NCBI RefSeq assembly: GCF_006345805.1
Contig: NC_043000.1
Span: 21,514,001 to 21,578,000, forward strand
DNA: 64,000 bases
Direction of reading: 5' to 3'
Origin: Octopus sinensis
Lineage: Eukaryota
Part shown: positions 37,001 to 50,000 of the stretch, one piece after another
Layout: every line of letters begins with the position of its first letter
Position numbering within the stretch: position 1 is the stretch's first letter
Position numbers and translations under genes: made by a program
The notes under the pieces: generated by a model
Told to the model about the DNA's origin: nothing
The model's input: the letters and a program-made list of their open reading frames with translations, nothing else
Databases searched by the model: none

Positions 37001-40000
37001 CAAATCTCTATATATATACAGCTGAAGTTGTCTGTGTATTGCAGGTTTGGTAGCCTTCAACTAACACTATCTCCTCCGAGACCCTGCGGCACAAGTTGAC
37101 TAAAATTGAGAGTATGATAGAAGAAGGCTAAAATTGAGAGTATGATAGAAGAAGGCTTGCTCTTCCTTCCGTAGAAGAAAAAATTCAAATCAGACCATGT
37201 TAACACCAAAAGTTATTTACATCAAAAAGATGCTTTTTTGTCTATAAAAATCCCTATTTTTTACGATTTTTTTTACTAATGTGTCGCCATTTTTCAGTGT
37301 ATTTCAACCAGAAAAAAAATGTTCACTTAAAGAGAATAACAAGCTACATAATGCAAAATTTTTAATTTTCAAAAATTCCAATTCTAAAGGGTCGAAACAA
37401 ACCCGAGCAACGCCAAGCAAAACTGCTAGTATAAAATATAATTTTACAAGGGCTCTCTCTCTTTCGTTCAACTTTGTTTACTTACTCTCCAATAGAACAG
37501 CCAAAATTAACAAATGGATTTTGCAAGCAGCAATGAATATAGTATACAATAGCAAGTTTTTCAGTTAAGAGTCAATTAGTATCAGTGACTGCTACATAAC
37601 AGTCAATAAATAAAATACTCATAAATAAATATTAAGCATGCCTCTATATCATACAAGTGGTGACCCCCTTCGGTCAGACACTGACCATGGGTTTGCACCT
37701 AGAGAGTTACCCTCTGAGGCACAAGTCTGGGCAAGGTTGTTTTTTTTATGGAAGACCAGCAGTCGCCCATGCATACCGGCCTCCCCTCTCCACGTCACCG
37801 ATGTTGTCCAAGAGAAAGGCAAGGGCCGATACAGCTTGGCACCTGTGACGTCGCAACTCATTGCTACAGCTGAGTGAACTGAAGCAACGTGAAATAAAGT
37901 GTCTTGCTCAAGAACACAACACGCAGCCCGGTCCGGGATTCGAGCTCATAACCTCACGATCGTAAGCTCGACGCTCTAACCACTGAGCCACGTAATAATT
38001 AAAATTACAGATCCAGGAACGGACACGACGATATGCTTGAGGGAATACGAAGTAGCGACGAACACACATCTACGTCTGTTATCTTAACTTCTTGACTTCA
38101 TCTTACTAGCATAGAATCACTTCAAGGGAGATAACACATGTGCGTTATCGAGAGTTATGTTTCTTAAAGCCAATTCTTTTAAACACAATTCAGAGAAACT
38201 ACTAAATTCTTTGCTCTTTTTACTCATTCAATTTCTATTTACAATATCAGCCTAGGAATTGTATTACAGTAAAAGGGTGCCTAACGAAGTCGCCATTTTA
38301 AACACTGGAATCGTCTACTTGACGAAATGGAATTAAAATCGAAATAATTGACATTGCACAGTCAATTATTTCGATTTTAATTCCATTTCAAAATTGTGTG
38401 AAAACATACATTCTCCATCATTATTTAACGTCCGTTTAAGGCGGCGAGCTGGCAGAAACGTTAGCACGCCGGGCGAAATGCGTAGCTGTATTTCGTCTGC
38501 CGTTACGTTCGGTGTTCAAATTCTGCCGAGGTCGACTTTGCCTTTCATCCTTTCGGGGTCGATAAATAAAGTACCAGTTACGCACTGGGGTCGATTCCGT
38601 TTGTCTGTCCTTATTTGTCCCCTCTGTGTTTAGCCCCTTGTGAGTAGTAAAGAAATATATTTAACGTCCGTTTTCCATACTGGAATGGGTAGGACGGTTT
38701 GACAGGAACCGGCAAGTCAGAAGACGGCACCAAGCTCTGATGTCTGCTCTGGCATGGTTTCTACAGCTGGATACCTTTTCTAATGTCAAATACTTAACAG
38801 AGTGTATTCACTAGCGGTAAATTCTTAACGGTTCATAATAGCTCTAGTTCTTTTGTCTATCTAAAAGACATTACAAATAGTCATACTGATACACTGACTA
38901 CAGGGCCGACTGACCCCTGACATTGCTACTGACACTTTTCACACATAACGTCTGGCCATATTTATTTATTGCAATATGATGAGCTTAGAAAGATTATGAA
39001 CCTTTTTTTTTTTTTTCAACTTTGGCTATAACAAGTCTTTTGCATTAAGAGTTGCATTCTAAGTACCTTTGGTATGAATAGATGAAAGAAAACCATTTAA
39101 GGAACCAACAGAACTAAACATTTCTTCAGAGTCAAAGTTTAATACCAAATTTTCCAAACTATCTACATGTGTGTATGTGTTTTATTAGCGTCTTCCCCCT
39201 TTAACCGATAATTAACATCATGATTCAGTCTTCCAGTACTAGCCTCCTTTTATAGACAGTTACTCTATATCCAACTTACTACTCCTAATGTCTTCTTCCC
39301 TCCCTGAGGAAAAGGGATACATATGACAATATTTATGACCATACCTAGCCATGAGCTCTCAACTCACACTTGCCCTTCATTCTAAACAGACACTGTCCTC
39401 TAGTCTTAGATTTGGTAGTTGATAAAAAGAGAAATAAATTAGAAATGAACCACAATCCTTTATAAGTTATGACCCCAGTGGAGTTCATGCCATTCTTGGA
39501 AGTGTAGTCTATTCTTAGCTACAATAGTGATAACATGGATTTCTTCCATCTTCATGCTCTGTTAAAGTATTTGAGAAGAATTATATTAACGTGTCCAACT
39601 GGTTAATATTCTATTTATTTGTACAGCTGATGATAGCCCTGCATTTAAATTGATGTGATGGTTGCATTGTTCAATTAAATGGAGCTGCCTGAAACAGTTG
39701 TACTGCATCACTTCTTGATATCCTGTTGCTTATTTTGATATCTTAACATAAAATCTATTCCGTCTGTCTGTCTGTTTGTGCGCTTATAACTCGAGTATTG
39801 TTCATCTGATCGTGCTGAAATTTTAAACAAGGATACATGAGAGAGCTGGGAGTTCCGTAATCTAAAAAGATTTTCAAAATCATTAGTTTCAAAGTGAGAA
39901 TCGATGATAAGCTGGATAGAACTACAAAAGAATTATCAATGCAATCTTTAATGTCCTGTTTGTTCTGCAATTAAAACAATCAGTTGCTCAGACAGCCAGC

Positions 40001-42277
40001 ATATACCATTTCGCTAGCAACAAGGGGAGTACAGGATGAGTCAGCCAAAACCGTCGTTATGCTGTCTCTCTTCTTTCCTCTCTCTATGGGGTTAATAATC
40101 TTAATCTTTAGTTACAGTTTCTCATTCAAACTACATTAACTCTTAATTGTCGGATTAAGACAGTAGGGTGTTTTGAGGGAGATTTGGCTGCTACTAGTTC
40201 TAGCTACCATGTAGAGGTCTGCCTCATTGATATTATATATTCCTAATGCTTTCCAAAACCGAGTTACAGATTTTGACGTGTGGGGTATCAAAAGATTCAG
40301 CATTATTTTGGCTACAAATTAAACTTAATTTTCATTCACATATTTGCATATCAAAAATTTAACAATCTTTTCCATAAATCACAACTATAGTAAAAATTTT
40401 ATACGATTACGTCACATTTTCTGTGTGTGTACCTTAAAAGACATCAATCATCATGATACCCAACTTCCCTCACTCACTCTATCTCTCTTTCTCACTCTCT
40501 TTCTCTCTCACATACACAGGAATGCACATGCACGCACGCACACACACACGTCCATATCATATAGACATACATACATCATTCACTTTCTTTCTCTGTTCTC
40601 TTCACTTTATCTTCTTTCAATTTCTGCTCTTTTGAATTAAAATTTTTATGGATACAACTGCTTACAAAAATAGGGATTAATGTATAATTTCTTTCTATGG
40701 TCATAATTTTTTGTTTACAATATTGGGAAAAATATGCTACCAAAGAAAAGACGTAATCCCTCCAGAAACAAGTATAAAGCAAGGAGGATTGTGGAAAACT
40801 GAAGGCGAGATGAAATTTTCTCAACATCAGCAAATGCATGTTGCAGCACTTAATGCTGGATCATTAAATCAATGTTTTAATGATTAGACAGAGGTCCAAT
40901 AGAGTAGCTCTCAGAAACAGACTATGTACAAATTCGTTCTTCACAACTTCTGAAGCTGTTTCAGATATGATCCATCCCATTCTTATAAAAATAATAACTC
41001 TGTCCAAATTGGTGTACTAAACACATTGTCTTTTCTGTAGAGCTTTAAAATTTTCAAATGAAACAAATGGTGTGTGCTGCTCAGGCGGTCAGGTAACATT
41101 GCCAGCACTACCAGCTCCTTCTCAACCTCTTATTGATCATTTCTGTCCAGTCAAAGGATTTTCTGAACAATATCAGACAATACAACTCTGCAGATGACAT
41201 CGTCTGGTGCATCTAAGAAGATAGATAAACATGAATTTACGACGACGTCAACGTTCAAGGGCAAGTCTATCACCTCATTGGTTCCCTGTTACCCACAAAT
41301 GAACAACCACAGTTCCTCCAAATTTACTTTATGAGTGATGTAGGACAACAAACCCGAAGGAGGTGTCAACATTTCAGATGATGGGTCATGTTAGACACAG
41401 TGCCAACTGCTGCAAAAGAGAGTATATCCACTGACAGCTTCTCAGTGCATTCAAAAATCACATAACCCCCACAGGTTAGGGTCTGAAATACTCCAAACAG
41501 ACACATAGCATGTTGCCTAGTCGAATTAGCCCGTCATTTATTCCACAAATGTTTTGCTGTCAATGCTGCACTTTCCCATATCACCTGTTTCAACATAACT
41601 CTAATATATTATATACAAACTATGCCATTTTAATCCCGAGCAATGCCAGGGGTCTCTGCTAGTATATATGTGTATATATATATATATAAATATAGATATA
41701 CACACACACACATACCGCCTGACTGGCCCCCATGCTGGTGACACGTAAAAATCATCATCCGAATGTGACCAATGCCAGTACCTCCTGACTGGCCCTTGTG
41801 CCAGTGGCATGTAACAAGCACTATCCGAACATGATTGATGCCAGGCCCACCTGACTGGTTCCTATGCTGGTAGTATGTAAAAAGCACCCACTACACTCTT
41901 GGAATGGTTGGAGTTAGGAAGGGCATCCAGCTGTAGAGACATTGCCAGATCAGATTGGAGCCTGGTATATATCATCACCATCATTTAACGTCCACTTTCC
42001 GTGCTGGCATGGGTTGGACCGTTTGATGAGGTCTGGAGAGCCAGAGACTGCACCAGGCTCCAATCTGATTTGGCAATGTTTCTACAGCTGGATACGCTTT
42101 CTAATGCCAACCAATTTGTGGTAAATCATTTTACCTTTGCTCATATAATACAGTAAATGAATTAATTGCATCGCAATCATTAACATTTATGTATTAACTT
42201 TGTTGAGTACTTCACTAGCAGTATATTGGATATATGTTATCCCATGGAGGGTTGCATTTACAACCCCTATCTCAATT

Positions 42278-42316
<39 letters not shown>

Positions 42317-43037
42317 CTGGTTGCCAATGAAAGAATACAAATGGGGTTTTGGGGTAGGAGGGGGAGTTTCATATCAAATTTTGGCCTCCAAGAAATGCTA
42401 GGAGTTATCACTTCCTTAAATGGCATCATGCTCCTCTGCATGAAAGAATAAGCACAATGCTCAAGGAAATTCCCAATAATTCATACAAGACATTGGTTAT
42501 CTTTGAAAAGAATGTTCATATTCTTTCCTGTTGGTTTAATATGAAGACCAAAAGTGTAGTCTAAACAAAGTAATTTTTAAAACATTAGCATCATTGCTGG
42601 GTTTCCTGTGGAGAATAATTGCTGGGTTTCCTGTTGAGAATAATTGCTTGGTGTTCTGCCACATAACTCTCAGTAATTAGTTCACAGCCTGTGAACATAA
42701 TTAGAGCAAAACAAATTCATAGACATAACTACATATCAATTATAGTGTATTTTGGACAGCTTCGTTGTTTGGTATAAAGCAAGCAATTTTGTATTGTTTT
42801 CTGTTCATAACACAAGACTTAATATTTTGATGGGTTAAAGTATATCATTAATTTCTCATTCATGGATGGTCTCTTGTTAAAGTATTCTACGTCAATGATA
42901 AGCTTGGTTGATGACACAACTCTGCTGAGATCTAAATACTTTCCATTCCAAACCAGAAACATCAAAGTAATCTAAACATCAAAAACATGTAGATTTAGAT
43001 TTTCTTTTTCTTTTTGAAGATGGAAATTAAACACTGC

Positions 43038-43099
<62 letters not shown>

Positions 43100-46000
43100 A
43101 GAACACTGTAAAATATTTTGTATCTACTGACAAGATATCCATCCTCTAGTTACTTTAGTGTCCTTGGCAATAAAAATAGATAATAATGATTAATTGATAT
43201 TGAAGGCACCCTAGTTAATCTAGTGAACAAGAGAGTTGCATTTATACTCTCTCGTTACTCTTTTACTTGTTTCAGTCATTTGACTGCAGCCATGCTGGAA
43301 CACTGCCTTTAGTCAAGCAAATCGACCCCAGGACTTATTCTTTGTAAGCCTAGTACTTATTCTATTGTACTCTTTTGCCAAACTGCTAAGTTACGGGGAC
43401 ATAAACACACCAGCATCGGTTATCAAGCGATGTTGGGAGGACAAACACAGACACAAACATATATACATATACATATATATGATGGGCTTCTTTCAGTTTC
43501 CCTCTACTGAATCCACTCACAAGGCTTTGATCGTCCTGAGGCTATAGTAGAAGACGCCCAAGGTGCCACGCAGTGGGACTGAACCCAGAACCATGTGGTT
43601 GGTAAGCAAACTACCTACCACACAGCCACTCCCGCACCTGCTAACAAAAAAAAAGTCCAGCTATGTGCTTATTTGAAGTGTATGTCATGGGTAGCAAAGA
43701 ACCTCTTTGCATGCAAAATCAATAGCATCAAAAGTGGTAGAGTGCTCTGAAAGGGGTCTCAGGGAGTAGCATCCCTGCTTTCCTTAGCTAGTTTTCCACC
43801 ACATTTCTTAAAAATCGTGGTAGAGGCCTTGAGCATGGGATCACTCATGTATAGAAACTGAGGTTGCAGGTAAGCAAGGGTATGCTCCTTGTAGAAAATC
43901 CAGCTGAAAAAAAACTTCATGGTAATAGCAAAGGAAAATGGGCACCAGCCAGCCCAAAGGTTGGGGTGGACTACACCTGCCTACCTGAAAAAGGAAGGTG
44001 CAAACCCACATCCTGAGTTGCGCAAACATGACTTGCCTTATGATGGCTGACGGCCTGAGGAGAAGCTTGGGGTGAGGTTGGGAAGTTGAAATGTGGGCAG
44101 TCTGTGGCAAAGGGGAACTGAGATGTGTGAGGAATTGAGGAAGAGGAGGATGGATGTGTGCAAGACGTTAGGTGGAGGGGCCATGGTGCAAGATTGGGTG
44201 GGGGGTCAAGGGGAAAAAGGCACAAGTTGTGGTGGTCAGGAAATTGCAGGGGGACTGGCGATGTGGGAGTTTTGATGAAGGAAGAAATCTGTGAGAAGGT
44301 GGTGGAGGTCAGGAGAAAGAGTGACAGAGTGATGACAGTCATGGTAGTATTTGAGGAAGAGGTGGTGAGGGTGATTTGTGGGTATGGTCCACAAAGTGGA
44401 AGAGGGATTGCTGAGAAAGAGCAGTTCTTTGATGAAATGGCGAATGAGTGGGACTTACATAAGGTGGATTAATTAGGCATGGGTGATTTTAATGGACATG
44501 TTGGGAAATGGATCCAGGGCTTGGAGGGTGTGCATAGGGGAAACAGAATTGAGGAGAGAAATGTAGAAGGAAGGATACTGTTGGAGTTTTGTGATGAGAA
44601 AGAGTTGTGTGTGGTGAATACATGGTTTAGGAAAACAGAAAAGATGACTTTCAGTGTAGGAGGGAACGAGACAGAGATTGATCTCATGTTGGTTGGCAGG
44701 AAAAACAAAAAATATCTGAGAGATGTGAAGACAATAACAGAAGAGTTGCAGCACAGGGCGGTGGTTGCTGACTTGGATAAGAGGAAAGTTAAAAAGTGTG
44801 TGAGAAAGGAAAGAATTGAGAGGAGAAAGGTATGGAAACTGAAGGAAGAAGAAACAAAAGCAAGGTTTGAGGAGCGAATTGAGGAGTTGGTAAGCATTGA
44901 TGCACCAGATTTGTGGAAGTGTTTTAAAGAAGGGGTACTAAAGGCATGTGACGAAGTGTGTGGAAGGACGAAGGGTAGGAGAGATCGAGGAAATACATGG
45001 TGGTGGAACAAGGAGGTGAAGGATGCGATAGTGAGGAAGGAGGCACACAAAGCTTTATGTAATAATAGGACTGAGCAAATGAAAGCCAGGTATAATAACA
45101 TGAAGAATCGTGCAAAGAGGGTGGTTGCGAGATCTATGAGGAAGGAGGTTGAGGAGAGGTTGAGCGGGCTGGATGAGAACCCAGATAGAGTGTTTAGGTT
45201 TATTAAATCAATAAAAAAAGATGGAAGAGATGTTGAGGGAGGAAGATGCATGAGTGGGAGTAATGGAAGGTTGAATTTTAGTGAGAAGGACAGGGGAAAA
45301 GTTTGGAAAGAGCATATGGAGGGAATTATGAATGAGGAGAATGAATGGGATCAGATGGTGGAAGCTGCTGCAGGAAAGGGGCCAGTAGAGAGGGTTAGTC
45401 AGGAAGAAGTAGTGGAGGCAACGAAGGAAATGAAAACAGGAAAGGGCAGCTGGTCCATCAGAAGTAAGTGTGGAAATGATAACTGCAAGTGGAGAGATAG
45501 AGACTGTTGTGATGATGGAGCTCTGCTAGGAGTGTGCTCGATGGAAGAGGAATGTCAGTTGATTGGACACAGGGCACTAAGTGTGGTGGTACTGATCTTC
45601 AAGAGGAAGGGGGATGCGATGAGTTGTGGGGCATATGGCGGAGTGAAGTTATTGGAGCACATGGCCAGTAATTTCAAGGGAGGGCTAAGTCGATTACACT
45701 GACCCCAGGGCTCAACTAGTACTTATTTTATCAAGCTCAAAAGGATGAAAGGCAGAGTCAACTTCAGTGGAATTTGAAGTCAGAATATAAAGATGAATGA
45801 ATAGCTGCTAAGCATTTTGCCTGGCGTGCTAACGATTCTGCCAGCTCTCCACCTTCCTGTATACATATATAGTAATATATATTATGCAATATAATGTTAG
45901 AAAAGATTAGCAACAGATACAAAATGAAGAATTTTAATAAGTTCTCAATTGTTTACAATTCTAAAATTCAAAACCAGAAGCATCTGAGGACAAGTCTAGA

Positions 46001-47010
46001 GACAATAGTAAAATATTTGCAATGATGAAGAATAAAATAATTACAATCTTTACAACATACTATGAAAGCCAAATGGTAGGTTGAGTACAAATTAACATTT
46101 AGACATATCAAATAATATTGCTAAAAGAAAACACTTGAGTAAGAATGACATTTAATGAGAATGGATGGGAAGTGATTTATTGAAGTTCTGTGAACTTATA
46201 ATAGATGGTAGATAGGAAAGTGAGAAAAAAGACGACATAAAAAGAATGGTCAACACCAACAGACGGTTTGTAGTAAACAGAAAATGAAACTGATCTATAA
46301 AGTTGATAATTCTTTTGCAGTTCTATCCAGTTTATCATTGATTTGTTTCAGTCAATGGACTGCAGTCATGAGAGGGTACCACCTTGAAAGGTTTGGATGG
46401 ACATATTAAACCCTGTATATATTTTTTTCTTCTTTTGTTAAGTCGGATACTTATTTTATTGGTTTCTTTTACTGAACCACTAAGTTACGGGTTTGTAAAC
46501 AGACCAACACTGATTGCTAAGCAGTGCAGGAGCAGACACACACACAAATATATACATACATACTTTTCATCTACCAAATTCCCTCACAAAGCATTGGTCA
46601 GCCTGAAGCTACAGTAGAAGACATTTGCCTAAGATTCTGCTCTGTGCATACACATAAAGGTATGCACACAAAACCTATATATATATATTTAGGAAGGGCA
46701 TCCAGCCGTAGAAACATTGCCAGATCAGACTGGGCCTGGTGCAGCCTTCTGGTTTCCCAGACCCCAGTTGAACCGTCCAACCCATGCTAGCATGGAAAGC
46801 GGACACTAAATGATGATGATGATACACATACATACACACACATATATATATATATATATAACAAGCTTCTCTCAGTTTCAGTTTACCAAAAGGATTTGGT
46901 CAACCTGGGACTGACTATAATAGATACTTCCCAAGGTTCTATACAATGAGACTGAACCTAAGTTCTTATGATTGGGAAGCAAGCTTCTTAACCGCAAAGC
47001 CACATCTGTC

Positions 47011-47048
<38 letters not shown>

Positions 47049-50000
47049 TACATACACACACTTTGCATTATCAGAGAAATTCTAATTTGTATGTTGTTCA
47101 AGTAGAATACTAAATGTTCTCCTCTCACAAATGAAAAAACATTTAACTTATTGCAAAAAGAAACCAAACACTCATAGTAATATACAAAAAAAAACTGCAA
47201 ATTTTGGAATGTAGATGTGAAGAAAAAAAATTAATACAGATTCATACCCTTACACTCAACCACAATACTAATTCATAACACAGAAAATACATGTTGGCTT
47301 CAACAACAGAAAAACTCCCACGAATACCATTCTAACTGGATTCAACATTAGTAAAGCTTTCGCCAGCATTTTCCATTCATGCAAAATACACCCAACACTA
47401 CCTCAAGAAACATCGCCAAATGCTGGCAGACCCCCAAACCTATGAAGTGTAGAAAAACAACACTACCACCAATACCAACATTACTACCACCATCTGGTAA
47501 TTTCAAGCAGTTGAAATGTTTTGACATTTCGTATTATATATTAATGAAAATGATTTATATGCAATATAGACTTTTAAATATAATCAAATTATTGGCAGTG
47601 CTTTTGGTGGTGTGGCAAAGGGATTTTGAAAAGAAACTGAGTGCTGCTCCCACACCTGGAACAGTATTGTTGCTATGCACACACACACACACACCCTGGA
47701 CAACATCCAGAGAAGGCTCACTCAAATAACTTAAATTAACCCTTTCGTTACCAACCCGGCTGAAACCAGCTCTGGCTCTGAGTACAAATATCTTGTTTTC
47801 ATAAGTTTTGAATTAAAATCTTCCACCAAACCTTAGTTACAATTTATGTTCCTAACATTATATGAATGATAACTAAATTATTTTACTAAATTCTGTGTAA
47901 TATTTAAAGTAATTGAAAGAAACACAAAGCCTCTCAAAATTACAGTAACGAAAGGGCTAAATCACTCATAGACATACTCCAACCACTAGTTCACAAGCAT
48001 GCTGTCACCTGTCTGACTTTTCTATCACTATTCCTCTGTACAGGCTTGTCACAAGCCTACACCACAAGATACAACCATTTGTCTCTCCACCTCTCTTTAC
48101 CTTTGTTGTATTCAAACCTCTTCCAATCACCTCACACTAAGACTGGTTTCACACATACAACACCTTACCCAGTGATCAAAAGAAAGCGAACAGCTTTTCA
48201 TGTTTACCAAAATGACAAGAGTATTGTGTACAAAAAGTAAGTTTGCCAGCAAATACAAGCAGTATGTACTGGGTACTTTTTTTCTCATGCCACCAGCAGA
48301 AATGAAGTCACCACACAGCTTGCAAAACTACAAACTTCAAGTAGAGAGAAGGAACTTTATGCAAGGTGAAAAGGGATGAAATATGAGAGAAAGAGGCAGG
48401 AGCGGAGTGTGCAACCAATAAAAGATCTGTAGACAGCATCGAACAAAGACCAAATGATGAACAACCTAGCAGCACCATCTGACATTGCAGAAACCAAAAG
48501 AAAAAGCAATTTTTTGCTAAATGTCAAGACAATCGAATTTGATGGGATTTGATAACTGAAGCACTAACAACAAACAACCTCAGAGATGCAACCATTCCTA
48601 CTACTTTCAAGAAAGAAAATAAATTAGAATGTGGCAAGTCCAGACAACTCTCACTTTTGTCGAATGCTTGGAAAAATTCTGGTTAGAATCCTGCTCAACC
48701 ATCTCATCTCACTATCAGAGAATCTCTAGTTCAAATCTAGTTTAGAACTTTTCAGAACTATTACTCATCTGGTATTCTGTGCACACTAGCTACGGGAGAA
48801 ATGACATGAGCAACACAAACCATTACACATGGCTTTCTTTGATGCTGTAAATCTGAAGCCCTGTGAAATGTACTAACCAAACATGGGATGCTCCCAAAAA
48901 CCCATCACAATCCAGCAACTTCTGCATGACGTGAAAGCTAAAGTGCAATGCTTCCAACTGGGGCATCCATGCATCAACTCTACAGCAAGACACCTATCCT
49001 TGTCCCTCTATACCTTTAATCTCTCAACTGGCACAAAGCCATCCCTGCCTAAATACTACTCTCTCTCCCTCCAGCCAAGCAGTTTTATCTGGCAAGTTGC
49101 TTAGGTACTATCTGTGCTGATGCCACAAAGAAGCACCCAGCACACTCTATAAAGCAGTTGATGTTGCTGTTGAGCGAAGTGGTCTAAGTCCCAGTAGTGG
49201 GAGAAGTCCGAAACGTGGTCCTTTGCTATTCGTAAGACCCGCAGAAGAGAAAGCAGGTCAACCCCCGACATCAAGAGCATCAACGGATGGATGAATGCGC
49301 ATCCAGGCTCAGCAGTTGGGGACAAGAAACAGGAAGAAAGAGTGAGAGAAAGTTGGGGCGAAAGAGTACAACAGGGGTCACCACCACCCCCTGCCAGAGC
49401 CTCGTGGAGCTTTTAGGTGTTTTCACTCAATAAACACACACAACACCCGGTCTGGGAATCGAAACCGCAATCCTCCGACCATGAGTCTGCAGCCCTAACC
49501 ATTGGGCCATTGCGCCTCCACAGCAGTTGATGTTGGGAAGGGAATTCAGCTGTAGAAGCCAAGCGAAAACAGACTTTGAAACCTGGTGTAGTTCCCAGCC
49601 TTACCAGCTCCAGTGACAGAGTCCAGCCCATGCCAGCATAGAAAACAGGCACTGAATGATGAGAAATGGAGTAAGACAAGATTGCACAATTGCCCTAACA
49701 TTTCAAGCCCACTACAGGCAAATTTCAATTTATCATTTCAATTTCATACTGCAAAGTAAGCAAATAATTTAACTCTGGCATTCTCCACAACAAAGACCAT
49801 GACTACCTTGATTATTTGAACTTTAGTTCACAGATGTCACAGTTTGTGTACCTTCAGAAAAAGAGTTACAGACAATATCTTCTCCACACATATGAAAGCA
49901 TAGGTCAAACTTTCAACATGAATAAAACTATGACCTTGTATCTCCAAACAGCCAACAGGCAGGAACCTGGTTCAGCTAGTCAATGATGAGGACAGATGAT

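Noticed and set aside
42350-43020. Possible decayed transposase or pseudo-exons on the minus strand
   Set aside because: Multiple stops and no motif I can identify with confidence.
44469-45251. 260-aa minus-strand ORF
   Set aside because: Antisense shadow of the purine-rich RTE ORF.
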